Counted from the stretch's first letter, positions 18,554-29,188 are shown. The stretch: 64,000 nt of DNA from Lachnospiraceae bacterium (GCA_017514845.1 JAFWIM010000012.1:1777-65776); one strand, 5' to 3'. The notes: a model not told the origin generated them from the letters alone. Made by a program: numbers and translations.

Positions 18554-20035
18554 CTAACCTCTTAGTAAGATTCTCGGTCCTCCGGTATGATTTACATACT
18601 CCTTCGTGATCACGACCTCACCGATCGAATTGTCTTTTGGTATCTCGTACATGATGTCGAGCATGAACTCCTCGATAATGGACCTGAGTGCTCTCGCACC
18701 CGTATCCTTCTGCATCGCTTTTTCCGCGATCGCCTCGAGCGCGTCTTCCTCGAACGTCAGCTTCACCTCATCCATAGCCAGCAGAGCTTCATACTGTCTT
18801 AGGATCGCGTTCTGCGGCTCATTCAGGATGCGCACCAGCATATCCTTTGTCACCGCATCGAGAGAGAATACGATCGGGAGACGTCCCAAAAATTCCGGAA
18901 TCATGCCGAACTTTCGAAGGTCCTCCGTCGTCACCTTCTGCATGATGTTCTTGTCCGCATCGTAGGTGTCCTTAAGCTGCGCGGTGAATCCGATCGAGCT
19001 GTGCTTCATGAGCCGCTCTTTGATGATTTCCTCCAGATCCGGGAACGCGCCGCCGCAGATAAAGAGTATGTTCTTTGTATTGACCGTCTTCATGGGCACC
19101 ATTGCGTTCTTGCTGCTGGCACCTACCGGGACCTCCACGTCCGCACCCTCGAGCAGCTTGAGCATGCCCTGCTGGACAGCCTCCCCGCTGACATCCCTCG
19201 AGTGCGTGTTCTTCTTTTTGGCGATCTTGTCGATCTCATCTACGAAAATGATTCCGTGCTCCGCCCGGCTCACATCATTGCCTGCGGCGGCAAGCAGCTT
19301 GGAGACAACACTCTCAATATCATCGCCTATGTAGCCGGCTTCCGTCAGGGACGTCGCATCGGTCAGGGCGAGCGGAACATCGAGCAGTTTTGCAAGGGTC
19401 TGCACGATGTACGTCTTGCCGCTTCCCGTCGGTCCGATCATGAGAATGTTGGATTTTTGGATCTCAACGGGCTCAGGCACGTTCGGATCCGGTATCAACT
19501 CCTTTTCATCCCTCTCAGCTCTTCGCTGCTCGTCGATGATCCGCTTGTAATGATTGTAGACAGCCACGGACATGGCCTTCTTGGCATGCTCCTGACCCAC
19601 GACATAGCGGTCAAGCTGCGCCTTGATCCTGTGCGGGGGCATTATGTCCTGCATCGAGAATTTTTTCTCGGGTTCCCTCTTCTCCCGGGGGGCTTCCGCT
19701 GCGGACAGGCCGCCAAAGCCATCCAGATTCATGAACGAGATGTTCGGGAAATTTTTCAGTCCCTCAAAGATCGACCCGAGATTAAAAGAAGGGCTCTTAA
19801 TATAATCTGTCGTCTTCTTCAGGCAGTCATCGCAGACACACATACCGTTCGGCAGCTCTGTCAGCCTGCCGGTCACGCTCTCCGGCCTGTTGCACATCGA
19901 ACAGAACCTGGTCGAGTTTTTGAGGTCGTCCCCTCTGCCCTTCTTCTCTTCTTTCTTATCCGAATCAGACACATCGCTTATCTCCGCGAAATCCGCGTCG
20001 TAAACTTCATTGTCGTCATCATACTGATTGCTCAT
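18554..20035 (-). CDS. clpX: ATP-dependent Clp protease ATP-binding subunit ClpX
   Basis: C4 zinc finger, GPTGSGKT, TEAGYIG, FVDEIDK, RDVSGE, IGF loop, TGARALR. Confidence 0.92.
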   Translation of the reverse strand: MSNQYDDDNEVYDADFAEISDVSDSDKKEEKKGRGDDLKNSTRFCSMCNRPESVTGRLTELPNGMCVCDDCLKKTTDYIKSPSFNLGSIFEGLKNFPNISFMNLDGFGGLSAAEAPREKREPEKKFSMQDIMPPHRIKAQLDRYVVGQEHAKKAMSVAVYNHYKRIIDEQRRAERDEKELIPDPNVPEPVEIQKSNILMIGPTGSGKTYIVQTLAKLLDVPLALTDATSLTEAGYIGDDIESVVSKLLAAAGNDVSRAEHGIIFVDEIDKIAKKKNTHSRDVSGEAVQQGMLKLLEGADVEVPVGASSKNAMVPMKTVNTKNILFICGGAFPDLEEIIKERLMKHSSIGFTAQLKDTYDADKNIMQKVTTEDLRKFGMIPEFLGRLPIVFSLDAVTKDMLVRILNEPQNAILRQYEALLAMDEVKLTFEEDALEAIAEKAMQKDTGARALRSIIEEFMLDIMYEIPKDNSIGEVVITKEYVNHTGGPRILLRG

Positions 20036-20047
20036 CGGTTTCTCCTG

Positions 20048-22099
20048 TTATCGTTTTTCATCCGGGATCACGTCGAAGCCTCCGTTCTCCGTGTTATCCG
20101 AAGGGACGGATTCGTTTTTCTCCTCCTTGGAATCATCGATGCCCGAATCCTTGCGGCTTCCGAGTGTGATCGTTATCTTTTCTTTTTCAAATGCAGTCTC
20201 GTCCTCGTTCAGTCTGCTGATCGAGAAATCGATCTCTTCGCCCGCCGCATAATACTTAAGGTATGTTATGAGCTGCGTTGTCGACGAGATGGAGATCCCG
20301 TCCATGGCGGTTATGATGTCGCCTTCCCTGACTCCGGCCTTCTCCGCAGGTCCGCCCTTGGTAACTTCGCTGACATAGACGCCCGCCGGATACCCGGACT
20401 GAACATAATAGCCCGGCACATCGATGCACATGATTCCTATATATGAGGCTTGGTCATCATCGACAACAGATCTTGCGGACTTGCTTCCGAGACTTTCAAG
20501 AATAGGTTCGGCGGTAGCCATGGGAATAGCGTAGCCTACTCCCTCGACGTCGGTATTCACGTACTTGATCTCATTGATGCCGATCAATTCGCCGCGCATA
20601 TTGAGAAGAGCCCCTCCCGAATTGCCCGGATTGATGGATGCATCTGTCTGGATCAGCTGATGGGTCATTCCGTCCACCGTGACTTCCCTGCCCAGAGCGC
20701 TGATCACGCCGCGGGAAACCGACTGGCCGTAGCCGAGAGCGTTGCCGATCGCGACAACCGATTCTCCGACGGCGAGCGCGTTGGAGTCGCCGATCGTGAC
20801 CACGCGGATGGCATTCTTTGTATCCTCGCTGATATCGTCAAGTTTTACAGCCACGATCGCAAGGTCATTATCGGCATCCGTACCCTTTACCGTGCCGGCG
20901 ATGGCCTCATCATCAATGAATGTGACCGTGATTTCTGATGAGTTTGTTATGACATGGTTGTTCGTCGCAATGAGAAGCTCCGTTTCCGTCTCGCCGACAA
21001 TAATACCGGAGCCCGCGCTCACGTTCTCACGGGAATTCTGCCCGCCAAAGAAATCGTAGTACTGACTGATCGACGTGTTCGTGATCGATACCATGGACGG
21101 CATGCACATCTCGACGACCTGAGGAACAGTGAGCTCCGCCTCAGCCGCTGACGCAGTATCTGCCTTTCCGGCAGTCACAGCATTTTCCGAATTGCCGAGC
21201 ACCGGGATCTGAGTCGGAACATTCTGTGTCACTTCCTGCTCCTCCTGCTTCTGCGGCATCGCAAATCCGGTAATTTTAAGGGCACCGAGGAACACTCCCG
21301 CGGCAATTACGCCGAAGACCACCGCGAGCACAGCTGCCGACAGCAGTCTGCCGGGAAATCCCTTTTTCTTCTCTCCACCGTCAGAATTGCTTCCCTGAGT
21401 ACGCTGCGAGACAGACTTTTTCGGACTTTCGGCTGTGCCTTCCGGCGCCGTAAAGCGGTAGGCATCATATCTGCTCGTATACGGTCCCTTTCTTTCCGGC
21501 TCGCTCTCAGACGGAGCCTGTGCGTCCCCGGCCTTTTTTACGTCTTCCTCTGCCCGTGTCCCATAGTAGCTTCCGTACACTGGCTTGTCATCTTCTGTTC
21601 CGTTCGGATCATATAAATGATTAGCCGGTCCCTGATATGCCTCGCTGTTCTCATATCCGCCGGCGGCCGGGTCCGCCCCGCCGTCCGCGATTGCGGCGCT
21701 GTCCTGATTCACTGCGCCCACTGTCTGATCCCCTTCGGCATAAATGCCCTCCGGATACTCATCCGGGTACGAGTCGTCATAGTAGTCATCCTCGTACTCA
21801 TAATCCTCATCGGCGTAATCCGCGTCGTCATAGTACTCGTCGCTGTAATCCTCGCCGTCATAGTACGGTTCATCGTAGCGCTCATCCGCGTACTCACCGG
21901 GATCCGAATTCTCCCCTGTGTCCGGGAAGGAATAATCAACTGACGAGAAAGCTTCACCCTGATCCTCCGGATCGGCCTGAGGGATGGGATCCGCGGATTC
22001 GGACAGGACAGTAGTGTCTGCGCCTGGCTGCTCCTTCGTAACTATGTTTTCATCTGCCGGTACTTCCCCGGCAGGATCACGGCTTAATAAATCATCCAT
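20048..22099 (-). CDS. htrA: HtrA-family serine protease with PDZ domain and long acidic N-terminus
   Basis: One TM helix, GSGII, TNNHV, DLAIV, IQTDASINPGNSGG, C-terminal PDZ. Confidence 0.9.
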   Translation of the reverse strand: MDDLLSRDPAGEVPADENIVTKEQPGADTTVLSESADPIPQADPEDQGEAFSSVDYSFPDTGENSDPGEYADERYDEPYYDGEDYSDEYYDDADYADEDYEYEDDYYDDSYPDEYPEGIYAEGDQTVGAVNQDSAAIADGGADPAAGGYENSEAYQGPANHLYDPNGTEDDKPVYGSYYGTRAEEDVKKAGDAQAPSESEPERKGPYTSRYDAYRFTAPEGTAESPKKSVSQRTQGSNSDGGEKKKGFPGRLLSAAVLAVVFGVIAAGVFLGALKITGFAMPQKQEEQEVTQNVPTQIPVLGNSENAVTAGKADTASAAEAELTVPQVVEMCMPSMVSITNTSISQYYDFFGGQNSRENVSAGSGIIVGETETELLIATNNHVITNSSEITVTFIDDEAIAGTVKGTDADNDLAIVAVKLDDISEDTKNAIRVVTIGDSNALAVGESVVAIGNALGYGQSVSRGVISALGREVTVDGMTHQLIQTDASINPGNSGGALLNMRGELIGINEIKYVNTDVEGVGYAIPMATAEPILESLGSKSARSVVDDDQASYIGIMCIDVPGYYVQSGYPAGVYVSEVTKGGPAEKAGVREGDIITAMDGISISSTTQLITYLKYYAAGEEIDFSISRLNEDETAFEKEKITITLGSRKDSGIDDSKEEKNESVPSDNTENGGFDVIPDEKR

Positions 22100-22320
22100 A
22101 ATGTACCCTTCTTTCGAATACTAATCAGCAATATTTATAGAACATGATAAGCAGTAATTGTGAATAAAATGTGATAAAAAGACACGGCACCCCGCAGACC
22201 GATAAAGCGCATCAATCAATCTGGATGCCGGTCCTGGGATGCCTGTTTTCCAATCAAAGGCGCTCCGTTTAGCGCCGCCAAGTTCAGTTTTCTCCCGCAA
22301 GCATGCGACGGAGGACCGGA

Positions 22321-23256
22321 TCAGTCATCGCCGGCCTTATAAGCCCAGAACCCCGGGTTCATCGTGCACATGTGAATAAGCCAGCGCGGCAGCACCTTGT
22401 AAGCTCTGCCCATCCTGAAGCCCGCATACTTCGCGGCGCTGTGGAACAGAAGCCGCGGAACCATATATCCGTAACCGACACTTCGCAGATACTTTATCGT
22501 ATTTTTGACCAGTCTCCCGCCTTCTCCCTCTGTGTCGATCCCTCGGAAGATCTCGGGATGCATGGCCTGAGACACGCCGTTGTCAAAGTTTCGGCGGAAT
22601 TGCTGCACGGCGCTGTAATTATGAGAGTGGATCACGCGCGCCTCGGCCACATACGCGACCGAATAGCCGAGCTTTATGGCGCGGCCGGCAAAAATCATGT
22701 CCTCATTGAATATGCACGGTGCCGAAAATCCTCCCATTTCTCTGAGGAATACTCTGTCATAGCAGGCACACACGTTTGAGCAGAAAAAGGTCTTGATGCC
22801 GAGTTCCTCCAGGTCGTCGAACGATTTCACCCGCGATTTGGAGGGGTAATTAAAGCTTCGGGTATAGCCCTCGATGACCCTGCATTCCCTGCTCGGAAGC
22901 TGTCTGGCATATGAGATCTTGACCCGCGGGTCCCTGAATGCCGAAAGCAGCCGCTCGACCAGAGTCTTGTCGGCAGGCAGCGCATCCTGCGTCATATACA
23001 GAAGATAATCCGCGTCGGAAAAGCCGGCTCCCATGTTCCTGGTCCCGGCGTGATCGAACTCGGCTTTCGATATGTGAAATACTTCTGCCCGCGGGATACC
23101 CCTGACGACCGAACTGTCGAACTTTCGCTCATCCGTATTAATGATCAGTATGTTCCTCACGGGGTATGTCTGGTCAGAAAGACGCGAAAGCAGCGTTCTG
23201 AAAGACGCGCCCGGCTTATAGGACGGAATGACTACGTCTACCGTTGGATATTTCAT
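22321..23256 (-). CDS. GT2 glycosyltransferase, probable rhamnosyltransferase
   Basis: FDHAGTRN, MTQDA, FCSNV, FNEDM, VIHSHNY. Start set at ATG 23256. Confidence 0.8.
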   Translation of the reverse strand: MKYPTVDVVIPSYKPGASFRTLLSRLSDQTYPVRNILIINTDERKFDSSVVRGIPRAEVFHISKAEFDHAGTRNMGAGFSDADYLLYMTQDALPADKTLVERLLSAFRDPRVKISYARQLPSRECRVIEGYTRSFNYPSKSRVKSFDDLEELGIKTFFCSNVCACYDRVFLREMGGFSAPCIFNEDMIFAGRAIKLGYSVAYVAEARVIHSHNYSAVQQFRRNFDNGVSQAMHPEIFRGIDTEGEGGRLVKNTIKYLRSVGYGYMVPRLLFHSAAKYAGFRMGRAYKVLPRWLIHMCTMNPGFWAYKAGDD

Positions 23257-23315
23257 ATAGTATTTCTCCCCTGCATGCGGCCGGAGATATTCTCTCTGCC
23301 GCACAAATTGTTCGC

Positions 23316-23424
23316 GGAGATTTCAGAAATGAGTACGCAAATGCGACTCCCCTTCGTATTTCTTAAATCTCCTTTATAATCTAAGAAAAGTACCCCCTCC
23401 GCATACGCGTATGGTGTACTTTTC
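23316..23424. repeat. two adjacent intergenic hairpins
   Basis: GGAGATTT...AAATCTCC (23316-23372) and GAAAAGTAC...GTACTTTTC (23385-23424). Confidence 0.65.
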
Positions 23425-23433
23425 AAATTACTC

Positions 23434-24588
23434 TTATCGCGTGATATCGGCCTCCCCGCCGTTATCCTTTACAGTTCCGTACTCGATGGCGGACTCCCTG
23501 TACTCCGCACCGAAGCCGGAGGTCTCCTCGATCTCCCTGCTGTAATTATCAACTTCGTAAGAAACTTCGTAGTTCTCCTCATCAAAAAGGTAGTAGTGAA
23601 GTTCCACAACGTTGTCCTTAAGCGTTACCGGAACGATTGCGTCCAGGGACCCGATCTGGCACGGAAGCGTCTCGAACGGGAAACCGCTCGTCTTCTCGAT
23701 ATTATAGTTGAACATCTGAGCCGCCATTTTTGTCAACTGAGCGCTTGAGAAGGACGTCTTAATGAGCGGGAACACGTCATTGATGATCTTAGTAATAGAC
23801 GTGATGCCCTTGACCTTGGCCTTGTCAACGATCTTCTCGATGACAAGTCTCTGGCGCTGTGTTCTCTTTAAATCATCACCGACCGTATAGCGGATACGGG
23901 CGTACGCAACCGCCTGAACTCCGTTCAGGTGATACTCTGTGACTTCCTGACCGCGCTCATACTGAAGCGGCTCATATTCCATGCCGGTGACCTCAGCCGT
24001 CTCGACGCAGTAATTATTCAGGTGGATAATTTCTTCCTCTGTCAGAAGGATGTCAATGCCGTCAAGGTCATCTACAAGAGTCGCGACCGCGCTGAAGTCG
24101 ACGATCACGTACTCGGTAATGTTGAGATCGAGATTTCCGTTCAGCATGGAGAGGAACTGCTCCACTCCGCCGTACGCGTATGCGGAATTGCACTTGTTGA
24201 ACTTCCATGTGTCGCTCTCCGGATCGATGTTGAGATACGTATCGCGATACAGAGAAATCATCCGCACAGCGCCGGTATCGTTATTGATACTGGCGACAAG
24301 CATTGTGTCACTGTTTCCCTCGTTGATATTGTTGTATCTCGTGTCAATACCGACAAGAGCAACATTCGTATAGCCCGACAGAGTCTCATTGGTAGCTACA
24401 TTCTCATTGATCAGAATGTTATCCAGATTGCCTGTCTCGCCGGCCATCGTGCGGAATCCGTTGTTGATCTGCGCATACACGTAGATAAGGCCAACAAGAA
24501 TGACCAGTATGAGGATTTCGACGATAAATAATATTATGTTGCCGCGCTTTTTCTTCTTTTTCCTGTTTTTACCGGTATTATCAGCCAT
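23434..24588 (-). CDS. LCP (LytR-CpsA-Psr) glycopolymer-peptidoglycan ligase
   Basis: Basic N-terminus plus TM, GIDTR, SDTML, SLYRD, LNG.QA..YARIR, DLKRTQRQR. Confidence 0.92.
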   Translation of the reverse strand: MADNTGKNRKKKKKRGNIILFIVEILILVILVGLIYVYAQINNGFRTMAGETGNLDNILINENVATNETLSGYTNVALVGIDTRYNNINEGNSDTMLVASINNDTGAVRMISLYRDTYLNIDPESDTWKFNKCNSAYAYGGVEQFLSMLNGNLDLNITEYVIVDFSAVATLVDDLDGIDILLTEEEIIHLNNYCVETAEVTGMEYEPLQYERGQEVTEYHLNGVQAVAYARIRYTVGDDLKRTQRQRLVIEKIVDKAKVKGITSITKIINDVFPLIKTSFSSAQLTKMAAQMFNYNIEKTSGFPFETLPCQIGSLDAIVPVTLKDNVVELHYYLFDEENYEVSYEVDNYSREIEETSGFGAEYRESAIEYGTVKDNGGEADITR

Positions 24589-24605
24589 ATATTCTCCCTG
24601 CTACA

Positions 24606-26009
24606 TCAATACGCGTTATTATTTATAAATCCTTTAAAAACGGTCAGGAAGAGGATCTTAATATCCAGTCCGATCGACCAGTTTTCAATATAATACAGGT
24701 CGCAGTCAATGCGCCTGCGGATCGAAGTGTCGCCTCTGTAACCGTTCACCTGCGCCCATCCGGTCATTCCGGGTCTCACCTGGTGCTTGACCATATACCT
24801 GGGAATCTCTTCCTGGAATTTCTCCACGAAAAACGGGCGCTCCGGCCTCGGACCGACGAGGGACATCTCACCTTTCAGAACATTGAACAGCTGAGGCAGC
24901 TCATCAATGCTTGTCTTTCGCATAAATCTTCCGATCGGTGTGACTCTCGGATCATCCCTGACTGTCCACGCTTTCTTCTCCGTCTTTGCTTCCTGGACCA
25001 CCATGGAGCGGAATTTATACATCATGAACGGACGGTTGTGAAGGCCTACCCGCTCCTGACAGAATATGACGGGACCGGGTGAAGTGGTTTTTATGATCGC
25101 GCAGCAGACCAGCATGAGGGGCGCCGCAAGTATAATACAGATGATGCTTCCGACAATATCCATGAGGCGCTTGACCGCCGCCGGGAACGTGTTGGACAGC
25201 GGAACATACCTGATGTTGATGACCGGCATGCCCAGTATGTCCTCTGTATACGGTTTCGTCGGAATGATGTTGTTGTAGTCCGGAATGAACTTTGTATGTA
25301 CGCCGGATTTCTCACAGAGCGCTACGATTTCCTCCAGACGATAGTACTCGGAAAGACCGAGGGTAATCGCGATCTCATCCAAATGATTCTCCGGAAGGAT
25401 CACCATCAGGTTATCGATCCTGCCGATGACCTTGACACCCATATAAAGGGTACCCGATTCGACCTTGTCGTCTAAAATACCCCTGATATTATATCCCCAC
25501 TGCGGATTCTGCACTACCCTGTCGATATACTCCTCCGCTGCCCGGCTGTAGCCGACCAGGAGCACGTTCTTCAGGTTCCTGCCTCTCTTACGCATCCTGC
25601 ACACGCTTCCCCAGATGAAGAAACGGGCCCATACATCCAGCACGACATTGAACACAAAGAATATAAATATCATCGACCTGGACCAGTATTCCTGATGCAG
25701 GAGCTGCAGAGCAGTCATGAAAATAAGGCCGCCGGTGACATTTGCCTGAGTGATGGACGCGATTTCAACGCGCCGCCCCTTCAGACGATGTGTACTGTAC
25801 AGGTTGCATGCCGAGTACAGAATCAGCATCGCCGGTATCATGACGAACAGCGCGCGCATATAAACTGCATAAGGTACGGCTTCTACAGAGCTGGAAAAAA
25901 TCCCGCTCCGAAATCTCACATACCATGCAAGCCAGTAAGAAATTGTAAGAATGACAGCATCTACGACAGCAAGAAACCGATTATAGTATTTCTCATTTTC
26001 TTCTATCAA
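24606..26009 (-). CDS. undecaprenyl-phosphate hexose-1-phosphate transferase (WcaJ/CpsE family)
   Basis: Four N-terminal TMs, CoA-binding-like domain, KRLMDI, KFRSM, DELPQLFNVLKGEMSLVGPRP. Confidence 0.92.
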   Translation of the reverse strand: MIEENEKYYNRFLAVVDAVILTISYWLAWYVRFRSGIFSSSVEAVPYAVYMRALFVMIPAMLILYSACNLYSTHRLKGRRVEIASITQANVTGGLIFMTALQLLHQEYWSRSMIFIFFVFNVVLDVWARFFIWGSVCRMRKRGRNLKNVLLVGYSRAAEEYIDRVVQNPQWGYNIRGILDDKVESGTLYMGVKVIGRIDNLMVILPENHLDEIAITLGLSEYYRLEEIVALCEKSGVHTKFIPDYNNIIPTKPYTEDILGMPVINIRYVPLSNTFPAAVKRLMDIVGSIICIILAAPLMLVCCAIIKTTSPGPVIFCQERVGLHNRPFMMYKFRSMVVQEAKTEKKAWTVRDDPRVTPIGRFMRKTSIDELPQLFNVLKGEMSLVGPRPERPFFVEKFQEEIPRYMVKHQVRPGMTGWAQVNGYRGDTSIRRRIDCDLYYIENWSIGLDIKILFLTVFKGFINNNAY

Positions 26010-26123
26010 TGCGATTCACCTGCGTAAATTCTATTGTTTCACAGCTGACATTATCTGCTCTGCCCCGACACATGTCCTTAAGGGCGTTCAGTACGGGAGC
26101 AATAATCTGCACATTTCCAATCA

Positions 26124-26152
26124 ACTATACTATAGGAAATAAGTTTATGCAA
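26124..26152 (-). promoter_or_regulatory. putative sigma-A promoter for the initiating transferase-LCP-GT2 unit
   Basis: TTGCAT-17bp-TATAGT in an AT-rich spacer. Confidence 0.55.
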
Positions 26153-26301
26153 GGTGGAATTTTGATTAAATGTGGCATAATTGTGCAACCAAACGCTCAA
26201 TTTTCTGTCAATTTTATAATATAAATAAGTTAGTCACTATTTTATCTGAATCTTCCACGTATCTCACCGCGGAGTTTACAATCCCGGCGCAATATTCTCA
26301 C

Positions 26302-27270
26302 TCAGTCTATGAGCCTTCGGATACAGCCGATCCACAGCTCCATCTGGATCCGCATATAATTTCGGAAGTACTTTTTATCGTATCGGACTCTTCTGTCCCG
26401 GTTCCTGCCGCACAGGGCGAATCCCCTTCCGATTCCCAGTATGTACTCCCTGCCGAAGCCTTTCTTAATGAAGTAGGCAGCCTTGACAGTGAAGCCTGCC
26501 AGAAGCAGCGGCAGGTTCAGCAGGATCTGCCATGCCGGCATATTCTTGTAGACAAGATAAATACTGTTCCTTGAAGTATTTTTCACCTTAAAATCGTTGT
26601 ACTGCGAGCCGGTGGTGGCGCTGCCCACGTGAAGCACTTTTGCCCTCGGAGCGAAAATATTCCTGTAACCGTGAATCCTTGCCCGCCAGCCTATGTCCGT
26701 GTCCTCCAGGTAGGCGAAATGATTCTCGTCGAACATACCGATCTCCTCCATGACGGAAAGTCTGTAGATGGAGGCGCCGGCACAGCAGGAAAACAGCGCT
26801 TTCGGTTTTGTGTACAGTTCCGCGTTCTTTCCCTTTCCCCTCGCGAAGGCCCATCCGAACGCGCAGTAAAAGTCGCCCGCATCATCCATCTTCCACGGGT
26901 CATCCATCTTGAGCATCTTGGCCTGGCAGGAGAAAATATCCTTATTTACCTGAATCGCCCGGAGAAGCTCCTCCACAAAATGGATATCCGCCTCCGTGTC
27001 ATTGTTCAGCAGGATCACAAAATCAAAGCCTTTCGATGCCCTGATACCCGCGTTGACCGCACCGGTGAACCCGGTATTCTCCGGGAAACATATGAGTTCG
27101 ACCTCAGGATATTTTTCCCTGATCTCCTCGAGGCTTCCATCCGTCGATCCGTTATCGACGACAATAATCTTGTCAGCGGGCCTCGTCTGTCTTCTCATAG
27201 CGTCGAGACAGGTCCGGTTGAATTCTATACCGTTATAATTTGGTATTACAACTGAAACTTTGGGTTCCAT
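26302..27270 (-). CDS. GT2 glycosyltransferase (WbbL/WsaD-like)
   Basis: VSVVIPNYNG, VDNGSTDGS, LLNND, FAYLEDTD. Start set at ATG 27270 (RBS AAGGAG). Confidence 0.85.
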   Translation of the reverse strand: MEPKVSVVIPNYNGIEFNRTCLDAMRRQTRPADKIIVVDNGSTDGSLEEIREKYPEVELICFPENTGFTGAVNAGIRASKGFDFVILLNNDTEADIHFVEELLRAIQVNKDIFSCQAKMLKMDDPWKMDDAGDFYCAFGWAFARGKGKNAELYTKPKALFSCCAGASIYRLSVMEEIGMFDENHFAYLEDTDIGWRARIHGYRNIFAPRAKVLHVGSATTGSQYNDFKVKNTSRNSIYLVYKNMPAWQILLNLPLLLAGFTVKAAYFIKKGFGREYILGIGRGFALCGRNRDRRVRYDKKYFRNYMRIQMELWIGCIRRLID

Positions 27271-27391
27271 GCAGAATCTCCTTGCTATATCAATGAAACC
27301 AGTGTACGTACCGTTTTCGGAAAATCGGCGGCAGCTTATTCTCCTCACAGGCAAGCTGCTCTCACAGTTGGCTAGCGGCGGCAGCTTATCC

Positions 27392-29188
27392 TTAAACGCG
27401 AAGCGAATAATTCCACTTCTTGAGAGAAAGATTCGGATTATAGTTCGGGTCCCCGTTCTTTATAATGTTCAGCCAGTGGACTCGCATGTATTCAATCTCG
27501 CTCTGGAATCTTCTGACCTTCTCGGGAGTGTCCTCCGCGCCGCGCGTTCTCGACTCGTCATGATAGAGTTCCGCGAACGGGTCGTATACAATTCTGTATC
27601 CGCACTCTCCGATCTTAAGGCACAGATCGACATCATTGAACGCGACTGCGAGCTCCTCCGTGAAGCCTCCCGCCTTCTCGAAAGCCTCCCGCTTTACAAG
27701 CATGCAGGCCGCCGTGACCGCGGACAGGTCCTGCATAATGGCAGCCTTGTGCATGTAGCCGCCTCTGCCCCTTGGGAGATCCGTGAACATGGCTCCGGCC
27801 ACACCGCCGATGCCGATGACGATACCGGCGTGCTGGATCCTGTTGTTCGGATAATAAAGGCGCGCTCCGACCGCCCCGACATCCTTTCGCTGGCAGACAC
27901 CGAGCATTTCAGTCAGCCAGTCAGTCGAAATATCTCCTCTGACATCATTGTTGAGGAAAAGCAGATACTCTCCTTTTGCGCGTCGGACTCCATAGTTATT
28001 GATAGCCGAATAGTTAAATCCGTGCTTCCATCTGATGAGGCGCACCCTCGGGTCCTTTAACAGCTCCCGATAATACGCGAATGTCTCACGCTCGGTCGAA
28101 TTATTCTCGACGATGATGATCTCCACGTTCCGATAGTCATTGGCAAATACACTCTCGACGCACTTCCTCAGCATATCCGCATGATCCTTATTCGGGATGA
28201 TGACAGATACAAGCGGTGACCCTGACACAGGATACCTGACCCGGTAGAAACCGAAATCCGGAAGAGCTTCGACCGTGCCCTCCGTCCCTGCTCTCTCGAG
28301 ATTTTCGCGGATAGCGCGCGCTCCCGCCTCGTAGGCATACTGCTTGCTCATCGGGTTGTCGGCCGTGGACGTCTCGGATGTGCGCCAGTGATACAGGATC
28401 TCCGGGATCCTGACGATTGTTTCGGCTTTTTCGGCGCAGCGGAAAATGAAATCATAGTCCTGCGCGCCGTTCATCTCGTCCCGCAGCAGACCGGCTTCCT
28501 CCGCCAGTGTCTTCTTCACGACGAGGAAATGCGTAATGTAATTGTTGCTTCGAAGCAGGTCCAGATTAAATTCGGGCTTGAAGTGAGGCTGAAAATGCTT
28601 CTTTAGGTCCTCTGTGACCTTGTCCTCATCGGAATACAGCATGTCTGCACCGCGCCGCGCGACGGCCTCCGCCATGCGAAAGAGAGCCTGCGGAGCCAGA
28701 AGGTCATCGTGATCGAGGAGTCCTATGTATTCTCCCTCCGCCATCGCAAAAGCCGCGTTTGTATTGGCGGAAATGCTGATGTTCTCCTCGAGTTTTTTGT
28801 AACGGATCCTGGGGTCGGATAATGCGTACTCCCGAACGATCTCCTCCACTGTCCCGGTTCCCTCAGGGTATTCCTTATCCGACGCGTCCGCGATGCAGAG
28901 TTCCCACCGGGCGTAGGTCTGGGCCTTCACGGATTCAATCATCTGCCTGAGGAAGACCTCCCGGGTCATATACGTCGGCACAAGTATGGAGAACATGGGG
29001 CCACCCTCGATTTCTGTTTTTCTCTGGCGGTCAAGCTCCGCTCCATCGGGCTTATGGGATTCATACCACGGGCCGTACGGGACCTCCTCTGGCTCGAGTC
29101 TCTCAAAGAGATGATTCATGAATTCCTTCGGACCGAAATGTTTGAAATAAAGGAAAGCTTTTTTAATTTTATACGGTGTAATCAGCAT
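27392..29188 (-). CDS. bifunctional GT2-GT2 glycosyltransferase
   Basis: Domain 1 LDHDD, YSDEDK, GAQDYD, LYHWR; domain 2 IIPNKD, LNND, AFNDVD, YHDES. Confidence 0.88.
   Translation of the reverse strand: MLITPYKIKKAFLYFKHFGPKEFMNHLFERLEPEEVPYGPWYESHKPDGAELDRQRKTEIEGGPMFSILVPTYMTREVFLRQMIESVKAQTYARWELCIADASDKEYPEGTGTVEEIVREYALSDPRIRYKKLEENISISANTNAAFAMAEGEYIGLLDHDDLLAPQALFRMAEAVARRGADMLYSDEDKVTEDLKKHFQPHFKPEFNLDLLRSNNYITHFLVVKKTLAEEAGLLRDEMNGAQDYDFIFRCAEKAETIVRIPEILYHWRTSETSTADNPMSKQYAYEAGARAIRENLERAGTEGTVEALPDFGFYRVRYPVSGSPLVSVIIPNKDHADMLRKCVESVFANDYRNVEIIIVENNSTERETFAYYRELLKDPRVRLIRWKHGFNYSAINNYGVRRAKGEYLLFLNNDVRGDISTDWLTEMLGVCQRKDVGAVGARLYYPNNRIQHAGIVIGIGGVAGAMFTDLPRGRGGYMHKAAIMQDLSAVTAACMLVKREAFEKAGGFTEELAVAFNDVDLCLKIGECGYRIVYDPFAELYHDESRTRGAEDTPEKVRRFQSEIEYMRVHWLNIIKNGDPNYNPNLSLKKWNYSLRV

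Noticed and set aside
19001-20446. 481-aa plus-strand ORF antisense to clpX/htrA
   Set aside because: Shadow ORF from codon bias of the sense genes; no motifs or RBS.
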